Assembly (NCBI RefSeq): GCF_003704095.1
Contig: NW_020847002.1
Coordinates: 1 to 64,000, forward strand
Length of the DNA: 64,000 bases
From: Pocillopora damicornis
Lineage: Eukaryota
Direction of reading: 5' to 3'
Shown here: one piece after another, positions 13,091-31,880 of the stretch
How the letters are laid out: every line of letters begins with the position of its first letter
Position numbering within the stretch: the stretch's first letter is position 1
Notes under the pieces: model-generated
Told to the model about the DNA's origin: nothing
The model's input: only the letters and a program-made list of their open reading frames with translations
Database searches by the model: none
Position numbers and translations under genes: made by a program

Positions 13091-14209
13091 ATGTCTGCGA
13101 ATTCAACTCAACTTACACAAAGCCCTACGGAAAGAAATGTGCGCTTGGGTTTTTACATCGCCACTTTTGTTATTGGACTTATCGGAAACCTTCTGGTGCT
13201 AATCGTAATCATTGCCAAGCGAGCAAAGAAAACTGTCAACGATTTGTTCATCATGAATTTAGCTGTGTCGGACCTGATGCTTATCTTCTTTCTCCCGCTG
13301 CATATCTACAATATGTTTGACACTATTCGTGTCACGGTATTTTTCTGCCATTTTATTCGTCCTCTCATGACAGCATCGTTCTTCGTCAGTGTCTACACCC
13401 TCACCTCAATGGCCATCCATCGGTGTCACGTGATCTTACATCCCTTCAAACAGGAAATTCGCCACAGGTCTGCTGTTTTATGGATAATAGTGCTGTGGAT
13501 CATGTCATTTGCAAATGTTCTTCCATTGATGATTGTCACCACACCTTACCCACCATTCGAATGTCTTGAAAAATGGCCGAGTCTGAGTCACAGGCGAGCA
13601 TATACAGCTGCACTCTTTGTTCTTCAGTACATCCTTCCACTGGTGATCATCGCAATAGCATATATCAGAATAGGTTTAGATCTGAACCGCTCATGTTCTC
13701 GTAGTTTCCGGAATGCCAGGGCTGCCAAAAGCCCGGAGAACCAGGCAAGACGGCGAGAAAACTTTAAAGTAACTAAAACTCTGGCAATAATCGTAATGAT
13801 ATTTGCTGTGTGTATGCTACCCAGTCAAGTGGGATGGATGTTGTTGGATTTTGGTGACAAAGAACAAAAAGCGATTGCCATCAAGGTGGTTTTTAAATTT
13901 TCCCTTGTTCTTACAGTGTTTCACAGTTGCCTGAATCCTCTTGTTTATGGAAGCATCACTAAACAGTTTCGTCGTGGCTACATCAGATATCTGTCGTATT
14001 TCTGTTGCTGCTTTAGAGGTTCCATCCTAAGAGAGTTTAAGATCATTTCAGAAAGCTCGTCACAAAATCGCCGTGACGACTTCAAACACACGCACAATGG
14101 ACTTAAAAGAAATGGCGAACTCGAAACGATATGTTCTTTAAAATCAAGAGAAATTCAAGATGAATCATCTTCAAGCAACGAGATATTTGACGTTGTGACC
14201 GTAATATAG
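13091..14209 (+). CDS. Class A GPCR, paralogue of 3887 and 5313
   Basis: 372 aa; GN, LAVSD, HRC, QYILP, CMLP, FHSCLNPLVYG, C-terminal CCC palmitoylation-type motif. Likely 5' UTR intron acceptor TCTTTGCAG near 12944. Confidence 0.94.
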   Translation: MSANSTQLTQSPTERNVRLGFYIATFVIGLIGNLLVLIVIIAKRAKKTVNDLFIMNLAVSDLMLIFFLPLHIYNMFDTIRVTVFFCHFIRPLMTASFFVSVYTLTSMAIHRCHVILHPFKQEIRHRSAVLWIIVLWIMSFANVLPLMIVTTPYPPFECLEKWPSLSHRRAYTAALFVLQYILPLVIIAIAYIRIGLDLNRSCSRSFRNARAAKSPENQARRRENFKVTKTLAIIVMIFAVCMLPSQVGWMLLDFGDKEQKAIAIKVVFKFSLVLTVFHSCLNPLVYGSITKQFRRGYIRYLSYFCCCFRGSILREFKIISESSSQNRRDDFKHTHNGLKRNGELETICSLKSREIQDESSSSNEIFDVVTVI

Positions 14210-14869
14210 AGAGGACTTTAAAAATGTCGCACTGTATCGTTTAGAGATAGAATAACCTTCCAGTGTGTTTTGAGATTTATACAGCAATGACACAAAATAC
14301 ATATCCTTAACTTTGTTGTAAGCCGGGATAAAATGTATAGTCTGCACAATACATCCTATGGAGTACAAGAATATATTTGCCTATCTATTTAGTATTTGCT
14401 GTCGGATGTTTTACTCGTGATTAACTTTCTGTTCCCTAAGTTTTCAGTGTCCTTCAACAAGTTCAAGAACGTGCCGGTCAGTAGGGCGGCTATTGGTTTA
14501 TGATATGAACGCAATTTATATGATGTTGTTAAATGTATTTTGACCACTGAATGGTCAACATCTTGAATTATGTATTGTGTTTTATAGCTGAAACACATGC
14601 AACTACGTCAACTTAAGATTTAATGGGCAAAATTGTTTTATAAAAACAATTAACCATACAACCATTTGTTAACAAAATTACTGGACACCAGGGAAAAAAA
14701 GATGGTTGCATTAAGACAATGTTCTTTCTCCCTATTGCGCTATTGTGGGCGTGGTCTCTCCACATAGAGATCTGAAATCTAGAGTAAATTCGTGTACATG
14801 GATGTGGTTGTTCACAAATGAGTGCTATTCAGTCTATTCATGGCTGAACTGCGTTATATCACTATCACT

Positions 14870-17800
14870 TTAAATATACATTTGTTCCACTTTAAAACAT
14901 GGAAAGTCCATTGTAACTCTTCCTCTCAAACGGTTCATTTCTTGATTTGTCTTGTTGATATCTTGCTCAGACGCCGCAAAACGTATTTGAATTTCACGAG
15001 CTTTTTTCATGTTTTCTAATGCTTCTTCAGTTGAACCAAGGATTCCAAGAGCACATCCCAAACCATAGTAAGCTCTGGCAGTGTCCAAATGATTGTCACC
15101 TAAAATATACAAAACAAAATCAGGACTAAGAAAACTTCCACCATAAATTGTGGGAAAACCTCCAGCTGAAAATGTAAGTGGCAGTTTATCAGGATTTGAA
15201 AATGGAATGTGGTCATTACAAGGAGTGTCGGCTTATTGGCTAGCATGTTGGTTTGAGTTTGAGCCATGACCAGGTCTTTGTAATATATGCCTGAAGAGTA
15301 TGATATAACTCTTTCAGAGCTTCTATCACACAGCCTTAGTGTATTACTCAATTCACTAATTAAAAGTATTAAACAGCAAGTTGGATATTCACGTCACATT
15401 TCACGTTACTTATTGTGTTTTCTGCGGTTTCAACAACTAGCAGACATTTACCAATACTAAATCCAATCTATAATGACAATGGACAGGCACAACTTTTAGG
15501 AGTAACTAAAACCCTCTGCACTGTCTTGTCACATTTGTTATAACTCTAAAAACTCACTCAGTATTAGAAATGCAAAGTCCTATTGCATATTTCTCACATC
15601 CTGTCGTAAGGAAGGTTGTTTAAAGACCTCTGATTTGAGAATACATACCTAAAAGGTATTTCCTCATTTCAAGGGACTCTCTCTTGAACGCTACTGCACG
15701 CTTAAGATCACCAAGACACTGATAAGCATCTCCAAGGTAATGTAATAAGGAGGCTGTGAAGGGGTGTTGCCCCAGTAGCTCTCTGTATCTGACCAGACAG
15801 ATGTTTGTCCAGATGTTGACAGCAGCTCTCAAATTTCCACTGACAAACATGGCCACTACAAGAATAAAGATGAACAACAAAAAGTTATTGCCAGGTTATG
15901 GAAGATATGGGTGCATTACTTACCACTTAAAAAAAAGCTGTATTTTAATTTTTTTAAATAAAAATCATTCAACATTGAAGTGCAAAGAGCTCAGTTGTTA
16001 ATTCTCAACACTTACTAGCTAAATCACAGAAGCCACCAGCAAGAAGCATGCGTTCCACTTTACCAGATCCATCAGAGCATACCCTCCTCTTCCGTATAGC
16101 AATGCCTTGTGCTATGAGTGAGATGCCTTTCTTTTTGTCCCCAGAAATGAAAGTGCAAAGACCCAGCTTGCACTTACAGTGTCCCTCACATTCTGTACCA
16201 GAAATCGAAAGTTCACTTTGAAGTTCATGTGCTTGCTGGAGGCTTTCTTTTGCAGATGTGCGGAATGCATCCTTGTAGCCATAGTAACACAGCTGTTTAA
16301 ATCCAATGGAAACAAGACACCCACTGAGAAGGATTTTGTCATTCAGTTTCACAGCTGCCTGAGAACACTGTGAATACACAGACATAAATTCACCTATGTT
16401 TAAGACTTTTGCCAAGAAGTTCACAGCATTGGTAGAGATGGTCAGTCCATCACGCTTTAACTGATCATCCCCTTCTTCAACTGATGCTACAAGCGCATGA
16501 ATGATGTTAGTCTTGCTGATGTGATATTTGTCAATGGCAACTTTACCATCTGTACCAATAAATTTATCACTCAGATCTTGCAGAAGTGTAAGGTAATGCC
16601 TTGAAAAAAGTTTAATGGCTGTGTTATATTCCATGCAGGTCTCTTCCTGTGATGACTTGCAAAATGCTTGTACAAGAGGATGCAAGCTATAGTATAGATG
16701 ATTGTTGACTTCATCTAGCTGTACGAGTGAATGTTGCTCAAGATTGTCAAGCATGTACTGGAAATCTAGGAAATCCTCAGTTGGGAACAACACGTCTTTT
16801 GCTTCCTCTTTGGTAAATGATCTTGGGAAGGAAGCCAAAAAACCAAGTACTTTCTTCATTTCAGGTTGTAAATTGTTGTAAAATACTTTAAGATGGGAAT
16901 TTAACTCTTGAATTTTTTGGCTCTTTCCTTTCAGAAAACTGTGAGGACAGTTTTGTAGCTTTCTGTGGAGATCACTAGGGTTAACTGCCTTTTTTTTTAA
17001 AAATGATGCTGTTATGTTCAGTAGCAGGGGAATACCACGACAAGCAGTAGCAAATTCCTTTGCACTTTGACGTGAGATGTCGGGCACACAGTTCTTGAGA
17101 AAGAGCAATGAGTCTTCATTAGCTAGTGGTCTTAGGGGATAATGTTTGGTGGCAAAAGACCAGAGATCTAATGTTGAGATAGGGGTCCTGCTCGTGATAA
17201 GTGTGACAAGATTTTTGGCATGGACACCAACATTCTCCAAAAGTTTATAAAAGTTTGACTCATCTTCAGCTTGCAAGTCTTCAGCATTATCCAGAATCAG
17301 CACTGTTGGATTTCGCAGGGAAGTTAAATACCTTTTCAGCTGTGAAACTGCATCTTTCTGATCAGCATGAGAACCAACTGCTTCCTTTAGCAAGTATTCC
17401 GCTGCACATGCAAGAGACGACACTGATCTGAGGCACATGTATATCACATCTTTTTTTCCTTGACTCAGTATCATGTTTCCGACAGTTTTGGCAAGTGCAG
17501 TTTTTCCAAATCCTGGAGGGGCAACAACAGTGACAAGGCAAGTTATGTCATCCTCATCTGTGGTCAACAACCCTGTGATTTCTTCACAAATATCCATCCT
17601 TCCAACAAAATTAGGAACCTTTCTGGGAAGGCCAATAGATCTTGGTCTCCATTCATTACCCTCACTGGGCTGTACACCTGCAAATAAAAAAAATTAAAAT
17701 ATTTTTAGTGACCACTACAACTCAGTAATTGCATCATTCAGTGCATTATGAGTAAATATGTGGTAATACCTAGCCACATTCCTCCCTTTTGAATTAAGGC

Positions 17801-19042
17801 TTTTTCAAGATGAGTATAAACCCCTCCTCCTTGAAAATCTCCAGATATACTCCCTCTCAAATATGAAAAACTTTTTAACAAGAAAATATTTGATTAAATC
17901 TGCCTCATAAAAATGCCATTTGGTCAAACAACATCACTTTTATCAACTAAGACCAGTGACAAATACATTCATTGACACCTGCACCAATAGAACTGCATTT
18001 GAAAATTTCAATGAACTGGCTACCGAGAGAACTTTAGAATATTAATTATGAAAGGTACTTTTTCCCACTGTGAAATATATTTCAAGTGAGCAACCAGCAA
18101 TTTCTGGGCTAGATTTCCAACAAAACTGGCCTTCTCAAATTTTTTTTCCAAAGGAAATCCCCTCTGCAATGGGTGAAGGGCATGAACATTTTCTGGAACT
18201 AGACATAATTGCCAAAAGAACCCAAATGATTTAGGGCTGTAATTACAGAAAGATCTTCTTTACACTGAGCAATTTTCAAGCAAGTAAATGGCAGTAAAAA
18301 TAGAGATAATGCAAATTATAGAAAGAGGCTTCACTGAAAATGTTTATTTAGGTAGCAGATAAAGATGATTTAGAAGGCTTCCAAACAAACTTTGTACACT
18401 TTTGAAAAAAACAATGGTACTAGTTTAGCAAACAAACTGTCACGACAAGTTTTTCTTCAAAAAATTCAATGATCTCACGGAAAGTATCATACACTTCCAT
18501 CGATATTATTGTGGAAGAATATCTTTGTTCAGTCAGTAAATGGCTAGGAAAGTAATTGCAAGTAAATTTATTGACAAGTTTTGAACTTGTGGGCATTTGC
18601 TCATTTGTTTGCTGCATTGACGCGTGTAAATCTGGCCTTTTTTAACCATAACACTAAAATAAAATGAGACACCTTTATTAGACCCAAGGAGAATTTAGTA
18701 CGGTTTTTCTTNNNNNNNNNNNNNNNNNNNNNNNNNNNNNNNNNNNNNNNNNNNNNNNNNNNNNNNNNNNNNNNNNNNNNNNNNNNNNNNNNNNNNNNNN
18801 NNNNNNNNNNNGCCATGAAGAGCATTCAAAAACGATTCAAAAGCATCAGGACCACTTCGAGAAAGCTCATCCAAGAGGCAAAATGCCTTCCCCTCACTTG
18901 TAGTTTGAGCAAGAATGGATTCTTTGCTTGCTTCGTCCAAAATTTCTTTGGTAAACAGTACTTCTGTTATTCTCCTTGCATCAATATTTCGCGAGATGTG
19001 AAGCCGAAACTTTCTTAAGACTTTCCTGTGTGATTCCTCCAT
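14870..19042 (-). CDS. CARD (death-fold) - NB-ARC/STAND NTPase - TPR protein, APAF-1/NLR-like architecture
   Basis: Exons: 19042-~18812 (CARD-like MEESHRKVLRKFR...LLDELSRSGPDAFESFLNAL, runs into a gap), 17677-16016, 15855-15649, 15099-14870. The last three are joined in phase by GT-AG introns. Motifs: LP..FVGR, Walker A APPGFGKT, Walker B LILDNAED, LITSR, GIPL, LHPLVQ, then TPRs of the LGQHPFTASLLHYLG / LGDNHLDTARAYYGLG type. The CARD-to-NTPase junction is unresolved. Confidence 0.85.
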
Positions 19043-19096
19043 GTTCTAACATATCAGGAAAAGTTATTTCTGAGTAAAGCAAACGTTTTCGGCCAG

Positions 19097-19340
19097 TTTA
19101 TAGGACGACCTCTCAGTTACTGGCTTTACGGAACAAGGTCCTTCAAGCTTTCCGGGAAATTCCGGAAATTATAGAAGAACGCCTGCGTGGTGAGGCCACC
19201 GGAAACTGAACCCAGCTCAGCCCACCATGAACAATAGTAATGGAAAGTCCCGCCTGCCCTTTTGTACGATACAAACCAATCATTACAAAATAAACATTTT
19301 CCACGGGGAAACTGGCCCAGTTCTCTTCGAAATGTAAACA
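19097..19340 (-). promoter_or_regulatory. Proximal promoter of the CARD-STAND-TPR gene with TATA, STAT, NF-kB, ETS and IRF-like motifs
   Basis: TATAAA on minus at 19102-19097; TTCCGGGAA 19150-19158; GGGAAATTCC 19154-19163; CCGGAAACTGAAC 19199-19211; GGGACTTTCC on minus at 19251-19242; CCAAT 19276-19280; GTAAACA 19334-19340. Confidence 0.7.
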
Positions 19341-20459
19341 TAGCTGTGTGTTTTACATTTAACTGCCTTTTCAAGGTTTTTCGCTGTCTTTGGAGTGTTT
19401 TGATGATACTTTATTCTCTATGAGCCGCAAGCCGAAAGCCGCAACCCGATTCGTTACCGTATAATTTCCTTTGAAGATTAACCATTTATAATTTGCGAAT
19501 GGAAACAACTGTCGGCTTAGGGTGGTAGTTTTTAGGAGCACTAAGTGTGCTAAGCCAGCTGTGTATTGTGTACTTCCTTATTTAAAAGTCCCTCATTAGT
19601 GATTGTAAATGTATTGGATTTCCGCTGAGCTTTACTCTTTCCTGTCACATAGGGACTTACTCCCGGGGCACTTGTTAAAAACAAAAATAAACATCAAAAG
19701 TGGAAAACGTTTTTTTTTACAGCCAAAATTTCAACAGTAAAAAAGACACATCAAAAATAGTACTCAGGCTACACCACTGTCTCTCCTAAGTCTATAACAT
19801 TACTAGGCCTGACAAATATGAAGGGTTCGTCCATATTACCTTAAAAGTCCTTAAAAACCACAGTGTAAAGATAACTGCAATGGTAAATGTTAAACATTAT
19901 CCTCGTTTGAGTGCGGGCCGTGTTTGCTCTCCCGTTATCGATAAGGCCGACTATGAATTGACCTAAGCTCATGTAGCGTGACGGTCAGCAGATGTTTTAC
20001 AAGTCAATAGACTTCTAATGTACTCCAAAGATCAGAACCACGGCAAGACAGGAAACGTAACCGTTTACGCGCATGTGGCAAATTCTGCAGAAGATAATGG
20101 CCGGGTCGAAGCTTGTAAAATTAGTGTTTTATTTTTCAGCATTCCCTACATCCAATATAGACACTTCTAGCGTGAAATAAGGCGCTCTTAAAATTTTAAA
20201 ACCTAAAGCCACATCGAATACAATTAAAACATAAGTGACTAATAACTTAACGCTTGGGATGGTTATTGTTAAGACAGCCAATCAGAGGACAAGTAGCGAA
20301 TTCCCCATGACGACTGCTTTAGTTTACGACTTGCGGTTTGTCTTAAGAGCTGACTTATGTCGATTTCTCGTGGATGTCGATACAAAAGACTTTCCTGCAT
20401 TACAGTAACGGCGAACAGATTTCATCTAGCCACCTTTAAAGTGCATTTTGTCGCTAAAA

Positions 20460-23400
20460 ATGCCACAGTGGGTACAATTGCCTCCGAATTTGCTACCGGA
20501 GAAACACACGATGGGAAAGTCAATCTACACTACTGATTATTCTAGCAAGAGACCTGGCTTTCAACTTCATCTTCAAAAGGCTCGCGGATTTCCAAGCAAC
20601 AAACATCATCCACCGGTACCAAAGGTTCGCCGTCCTAATATACTCGCTTGATCTCCCAGTTAAGCCGAGTCATGTAGAAGTTAGTTAACATTTAAACTTA
20701 ATATTTGCGCCACATAAATTCGCATGACCTCCTTTCAGGATCCCGGCTTTTCCGCAGTATTAAAGCAAAGTCACCATTATACTATGTTTCTCTGTCGGTC
20801 GAATTTCACTGTTTACTAAGCAAAATGATTTTCATCAGTTTAAATAGTAATGAATGATTATAACACGAATCTTTTCCCCTCAGAAACCCGACAGAAAGAC
20901 GATGCGAGCGCATCAGACCGGCAATTACCTCAATTTTAAAGAAGATTTCGAGAGAGCCTTGTCCACTGTAAGCTCACACCAAATGCGGAATTTTCGATCA
21001 GATGTTGACATAAAAACACCCGACGACTCAAGATCGGCAGGTACTTTAATTAATTTTCAGAACTGGATAATTCCGTGTCTACCACTGTCCTTACATTTCA
21101 TGACGCAAATTTCTTTAATGAGTTGCCAATATGTTGTTACAGAACGCATTTGAATCACGAAAATTCAAGTAGGAAGGTCACAAAGAAGCCAGCGAGAATT
21201 TTTTGGTACAATCCATAGTTTTCATGTAAAAGCGCATACTTTAGACAATACAGATATTAGCCGAAAGCTTTTAATCCTTCAGACGCACCAAGTTGTGAAG
21301 CCGATGTATCTTACTGTTTATTTGAGTGATCCAAAATGTTTATTCAAACGATAATTTCAAGAGGACAAGGGAAAATATGACCTTAATTACTCTTTTTTGG
21401 TCTTAATTCTGAGAGACCAAGGAATTTCACTGAATGAATCCTGAGAGGAAAAAAGTAAACACGTGCAGATTATTTTGAAAATATCTCTTCGCTAGTTGTC
21501 GCCCAAAGTAAACTTGAGACACTAAAGGACTTTGACAGCTGGGTTTTTAGCACACGAGAGGTGTTAAAACGGCGAGTAAGAACTGAATCGAGCATGAGCA
21601 ATGAAAAAACAAATGATTAAATCGGATGAAAGCAAATTACACTTGCGATATATACATATTTATGATTTCGTTAGGCTTGTGTTTTTTACTGTTTTTTCTT
21701 AGATTTGTTTTTCTTGCCTAGCCACGCACTCGGAAAGGGCATTGTTACAGAAATTTATTCAGCCAACACTAGAATTAGTGGAGGAGGCATGGCGAGGAGA
21801 AGCGACCAGCACAAAACGGAATAGAGGTATTTGAACAATGGATAGAAAGTTGGTTTCACACCTGTGTATGGGTAATATTCATTGAAATGATTTTTTCCAT
21901 TTTATCGGCAGATCGCCTTTATGGTGTGGCTGGACAGAAAGTTGAGCTACACAGTAGACCTGAAAGACGCGAGGTATGACATCAACAGAGTAAGAACTTA
22001 TTTGAGTGAGGAATTGCAGCAGACGTTTTCCACCCTTTTTGTTTTGAAGCTATACTTTTGCTAAAATTGATTTTCATTTCTTAATCTAGTTAGTGAGGTC
22101 AAAAGAAATGTCTACTTAGCAGTTTCCTGAAGTAGAATTTGCGAACTGAAAGAATAATGGGAAGAACAGAATCTAGCGAAATGATCGCCGGCACAACGTG
22201 AAGAAGAGAAATTCTATTCTGGGCACATTACAAGATTATTTGTACAAACGCACTGGGGGAGGTGTACTCTCTTATGTCTTCCAATTAAATGAACTTACAT
22301 TTGTTTTCCGTTCAGGCGAAAATGGAGCGCCCTGTTCTGCCTGGTGTTAACAATTGGTTACGGTCTTCAACCGAATATGGTAATTTTAATGCTTTTCCTT
22401 TGAGAATGTTTTCTTCCATGATTTCCCGATCACCAGTGTTCTCCAGTTGTTTTGGGTTAAATTAGTTTGTTCTTTTCCTCCCAGAGAAAGCAGTTGTCCA
22501 CAACTTCATAGATACATTAAACAAGGCGTCCTCGAGTGTTGTACAAGTGAAACAGAGTGCACCCAGAGCCGCAGAGAAAACTACGAAACCTCAATTTTCA
22601 AAGGAATTGTATTTCCAACAACGGGCAAAAAGTGCTCGCTCCAAAAGAGTATCAGAACGCCCCACACTTCCACCGCGTCCCAAATCTGTTGGATCAGTAA
22701 GGTTAGTGACTTTCTCAAGGAAAAGTGTGTGTAAGTGTGTGTCACTGAAGCTGAAAATGACAATTCTTTATTCGCTGAACTTCAGAAAGTGTTGCAAGGC
22801 GGACCATAGAGAGTTGTAAAGTCAGTATTTTTGGATTTGTTTTGATCGCTATGTCTTTTTTTACCCGACGAGCTGCTCTGAGTACGATAATGTAGGATCA
22901 CCACTGCCGGTCTTTCGCGATCTTCAACTCTGCCTGACTGACACAAAAGTGAGAAAATATCGAATGGAAAGTAAAGGATCTGGGAAGAGTGCTAACTCTT
23001 ACTAGTTTGCCTCCTCCACTCATTCATTCCTGTCAGTCCACGCATGGTATTATTTCAGCGGAGTATGCACTTTTCTTACAACTGATCAAATTTTGACTTA
23101 CTCATCAGGAATGAAGGCAAAGTTGCTGAGATAACCCAAAATCAAGTCGTGGAACATGCACACCCCCATCACTTTAATCACGGGGAAGGAAAGTGTGAAT
23201 TTTGTGATTATTTAAGAGTGAAGAGATTATTGGAACACCTTAACAAGTAAGTTGCACGCCTTCTGTGAAGTAGTTTGTAATGTTTTGCAGACAACAAGAC
23301 GGGAAGCACTTTTCCTGTTTCAAAGCAAGGGTTTAATGCTTTGGGCCATTGGTTATTCCCTATTCCTTCCTGGTTCTCCTTGACTGTGGTTACACTCTGC

Positions 23401-23859
23401 GCACATTTTTTGGAAGTGTGTGAAGGGAAGAGTAAAGTTATAACCGCTATGATAAGACCAAAACTTTAGTTACAAGACAACAAAAGAGAGTAACGATGAA
23501 GAGAATTAAACCAACGTCCAAAATGGGTTGATGCTAGATAAGAGGTCTCTGTTACGCAATGTCGTTGTCAGTTCATAATATGTACAATTCGCGATGAGAG
23601 TTCGTAATTTGTCAAATTAAATGATTTGTTTTAATTTCATGTCTCCAGGTACGGATCCTGTGGTATAGGAGAAGCAACCCTAACACACTTACTAAGGCCA
23701 CGAGTGGACCCTACATACCACACAAGTTTTGAAGATTACGACTACGTACACGAAAATTCATTTTTCACTAACACGAGCGCAAGAGATCGAGGCTACTTCA
23801 TAATAGCTCCTGACTGGGTTTCAGAAAGGAAGGGTGTTATGTCTACCCATTACCAATGA
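20460..23859 (+). CDS. Uncharacterised multi-exon protein-coding gene
   Basis: Phase-consistent 3' exons 22316-22379, 22485-22701, 23109-23246, 23649-23859 (ends RGYFIIAPDWVSERKGVMSTHYQ*). Probable 5' exons at 20460-20624, 20884-20967, 21722-21826 and 21912-21989 have plausible splice sites, but I could not resolve their phases. Confidence 0.6.
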
Positions 23860-24402
23860 CCAGCGGTCATTTCTACGTTCCACATGCTCCCTACGGATCG
23901 AGATGAAGTTTCTCAACAGTTAAACAGAGACACAGCACTTGATGGTGACCCATGCATCCTTCTTCGCTGATGAGGGACTATTAAAACATTCAAAATCGAA
24001 AAAAATGTAATGTGTCAATACGCCCGATTGGAACGTCAAAACTATTTACAATTATATTGTCCCAGTCGCGCGCCTTGAAAAGTTTCTTGCTACTAGTAAT
24101 ATTTGTTATCGTGCAAAGAAAAAAGAGACTTTTTTAGAGTTAATATATTTTCATCTGTACGATCTCACGACTAAGAACATAGATTTCACTAAACATTTGA
24201 TTTCGTAAACTATTTAAACGGTAGATGTAATTTTGTTTGATGTAAATATTAATCTAAGAAGACCCGCTCTATGATATTTAATATATTCTAAAAATCCAGT
24301 TATCAGTGTCTGTGCAGAAGGGTTTACATTTAACAAAGCGGATCAACAGCCGACGTCCTTCACCTAACTCATCCTAGACTCGTCTTCTTCTTGTTACCTA
24401 GC

Positions 24403-30565
<6,163 letters not shown>

Positions 30566-31403
30566 CTTTAAAAGCAAAACAATTTGCAGGAATGATCTAC
30601 ATAACATGAAACAGTTGCATCGCCAACCTCATCGACGCACATGTTGATCTGAAAGATGGAACCAACCGCGGTGGTGTTGTGGTATAGTACCAACTTTGAA
30701 TCCCTATGCGCCCGTTGTGCATCGCGCTGGCCAATATTACGTAATAACTCTACTCCACCCTGGAACTTTAATCAAACCATTCCACCCCAAAGTTTCAGTG
30801 CACCCGAATAACAAAGATTCCAATATCCTCTGGAGATTGAGATACAAACTAACAAACCATAATAATAAGTAGAAAAAGAGAGAGACCTGAAACCACTTTT
30901 TGCAAGATGAGGAACAGAGTTCACAGTATATCTGCAGGATATTTCCTTCTATTATTAGTAAAGTGACAGTCTAGTCTAGTCAAAGAAAAAGAAATTCAAG
31001 ACGTGCGCTCGATGATTTCTTTATTTTAACGCAAAAAGAGTTTCTAGGCACGAAGAAATGCAATTTTTGAAGATGCCTTTGAGCAGGTTATCCAAGGCTT
31101 GAACTGAGGGTTGCAAAGTCCGAATGTTGCCGGACTTTGAGCAAGAAAATATAAACCAATTTTGACATTTTATTATCTCTTGCTTCGAGATGTAATTTTT
31201 TCAGGTTATAAATGTACTGTTTCAGTTAATATATTGTGCGCACGATATGAAGGTGGAGCTAGGATACGAACATTATGAAATAAGGAGTGTTGTGGTTAGG
31301 TAGCATTCCTCCGATTAAATCACTGGAAGAGCGTATCTAAGTTCCCTCAACTGACCCACTACAGGCCTAGAACTATTGAATAAGTTAGGAATTGCATGAA
31401 TTG

Positions 31404-31880
31404 AATGTATGTATGTAGTCTATATAAATTACACAACAATATATACTTGCAAACAAACGTGCAAGGTTTACAAAAATTCATCACTTAAGAGAAAACTAGT
31501 TGTAATCTGGATAAAACTAAAAAGACATCTGTTAATAAAAGTTCGCTTAAAACGTTCCGTACGAATACGAGGTAAAATGTAGTTATGGCCGCAAGAACGG
31601 AGCGACCTTCCCTCTGCATGGGAAGTAGGTCACGTAGACAATGATCGTAGTCTTTCGTGATCTGTTCCCATAACAATTTATCTCTGACACGAAGAATATC
31701 TTTAATGGGTGTAAAATTCAATAAATAACTATATTTGTGGGCACGTTTACAGAACTTATCGATTCGGCTAAGGTGTTTACATTCTAATGTGCTTCCCCAA
31801 ACTTCAATTGCACACAAAAATAATGACATAACTATGCTATTAAAAAGAACCGTCAATCCCTCCTGCGAATAGCCATTAGG
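31404..31880 (-). mobile_element. 5'-truncated non-LTR retrotransposon (L2/CR1-type, post-RT C-terminal region)
   Basis: GYSQEGLTVLFNSIVMSLFLCAIEVWGS...LSRIDKFCKRA...HCLRDLLP, with a (TACA)n tail at about 31404-31418. Confidence 0.75.

Noticed and set aside
23966-24040. CTGATGAG as a hammerhead core
   Set aside because: No stem II closing onto a GAAA. The same holds for CTGATGAG near 57140.
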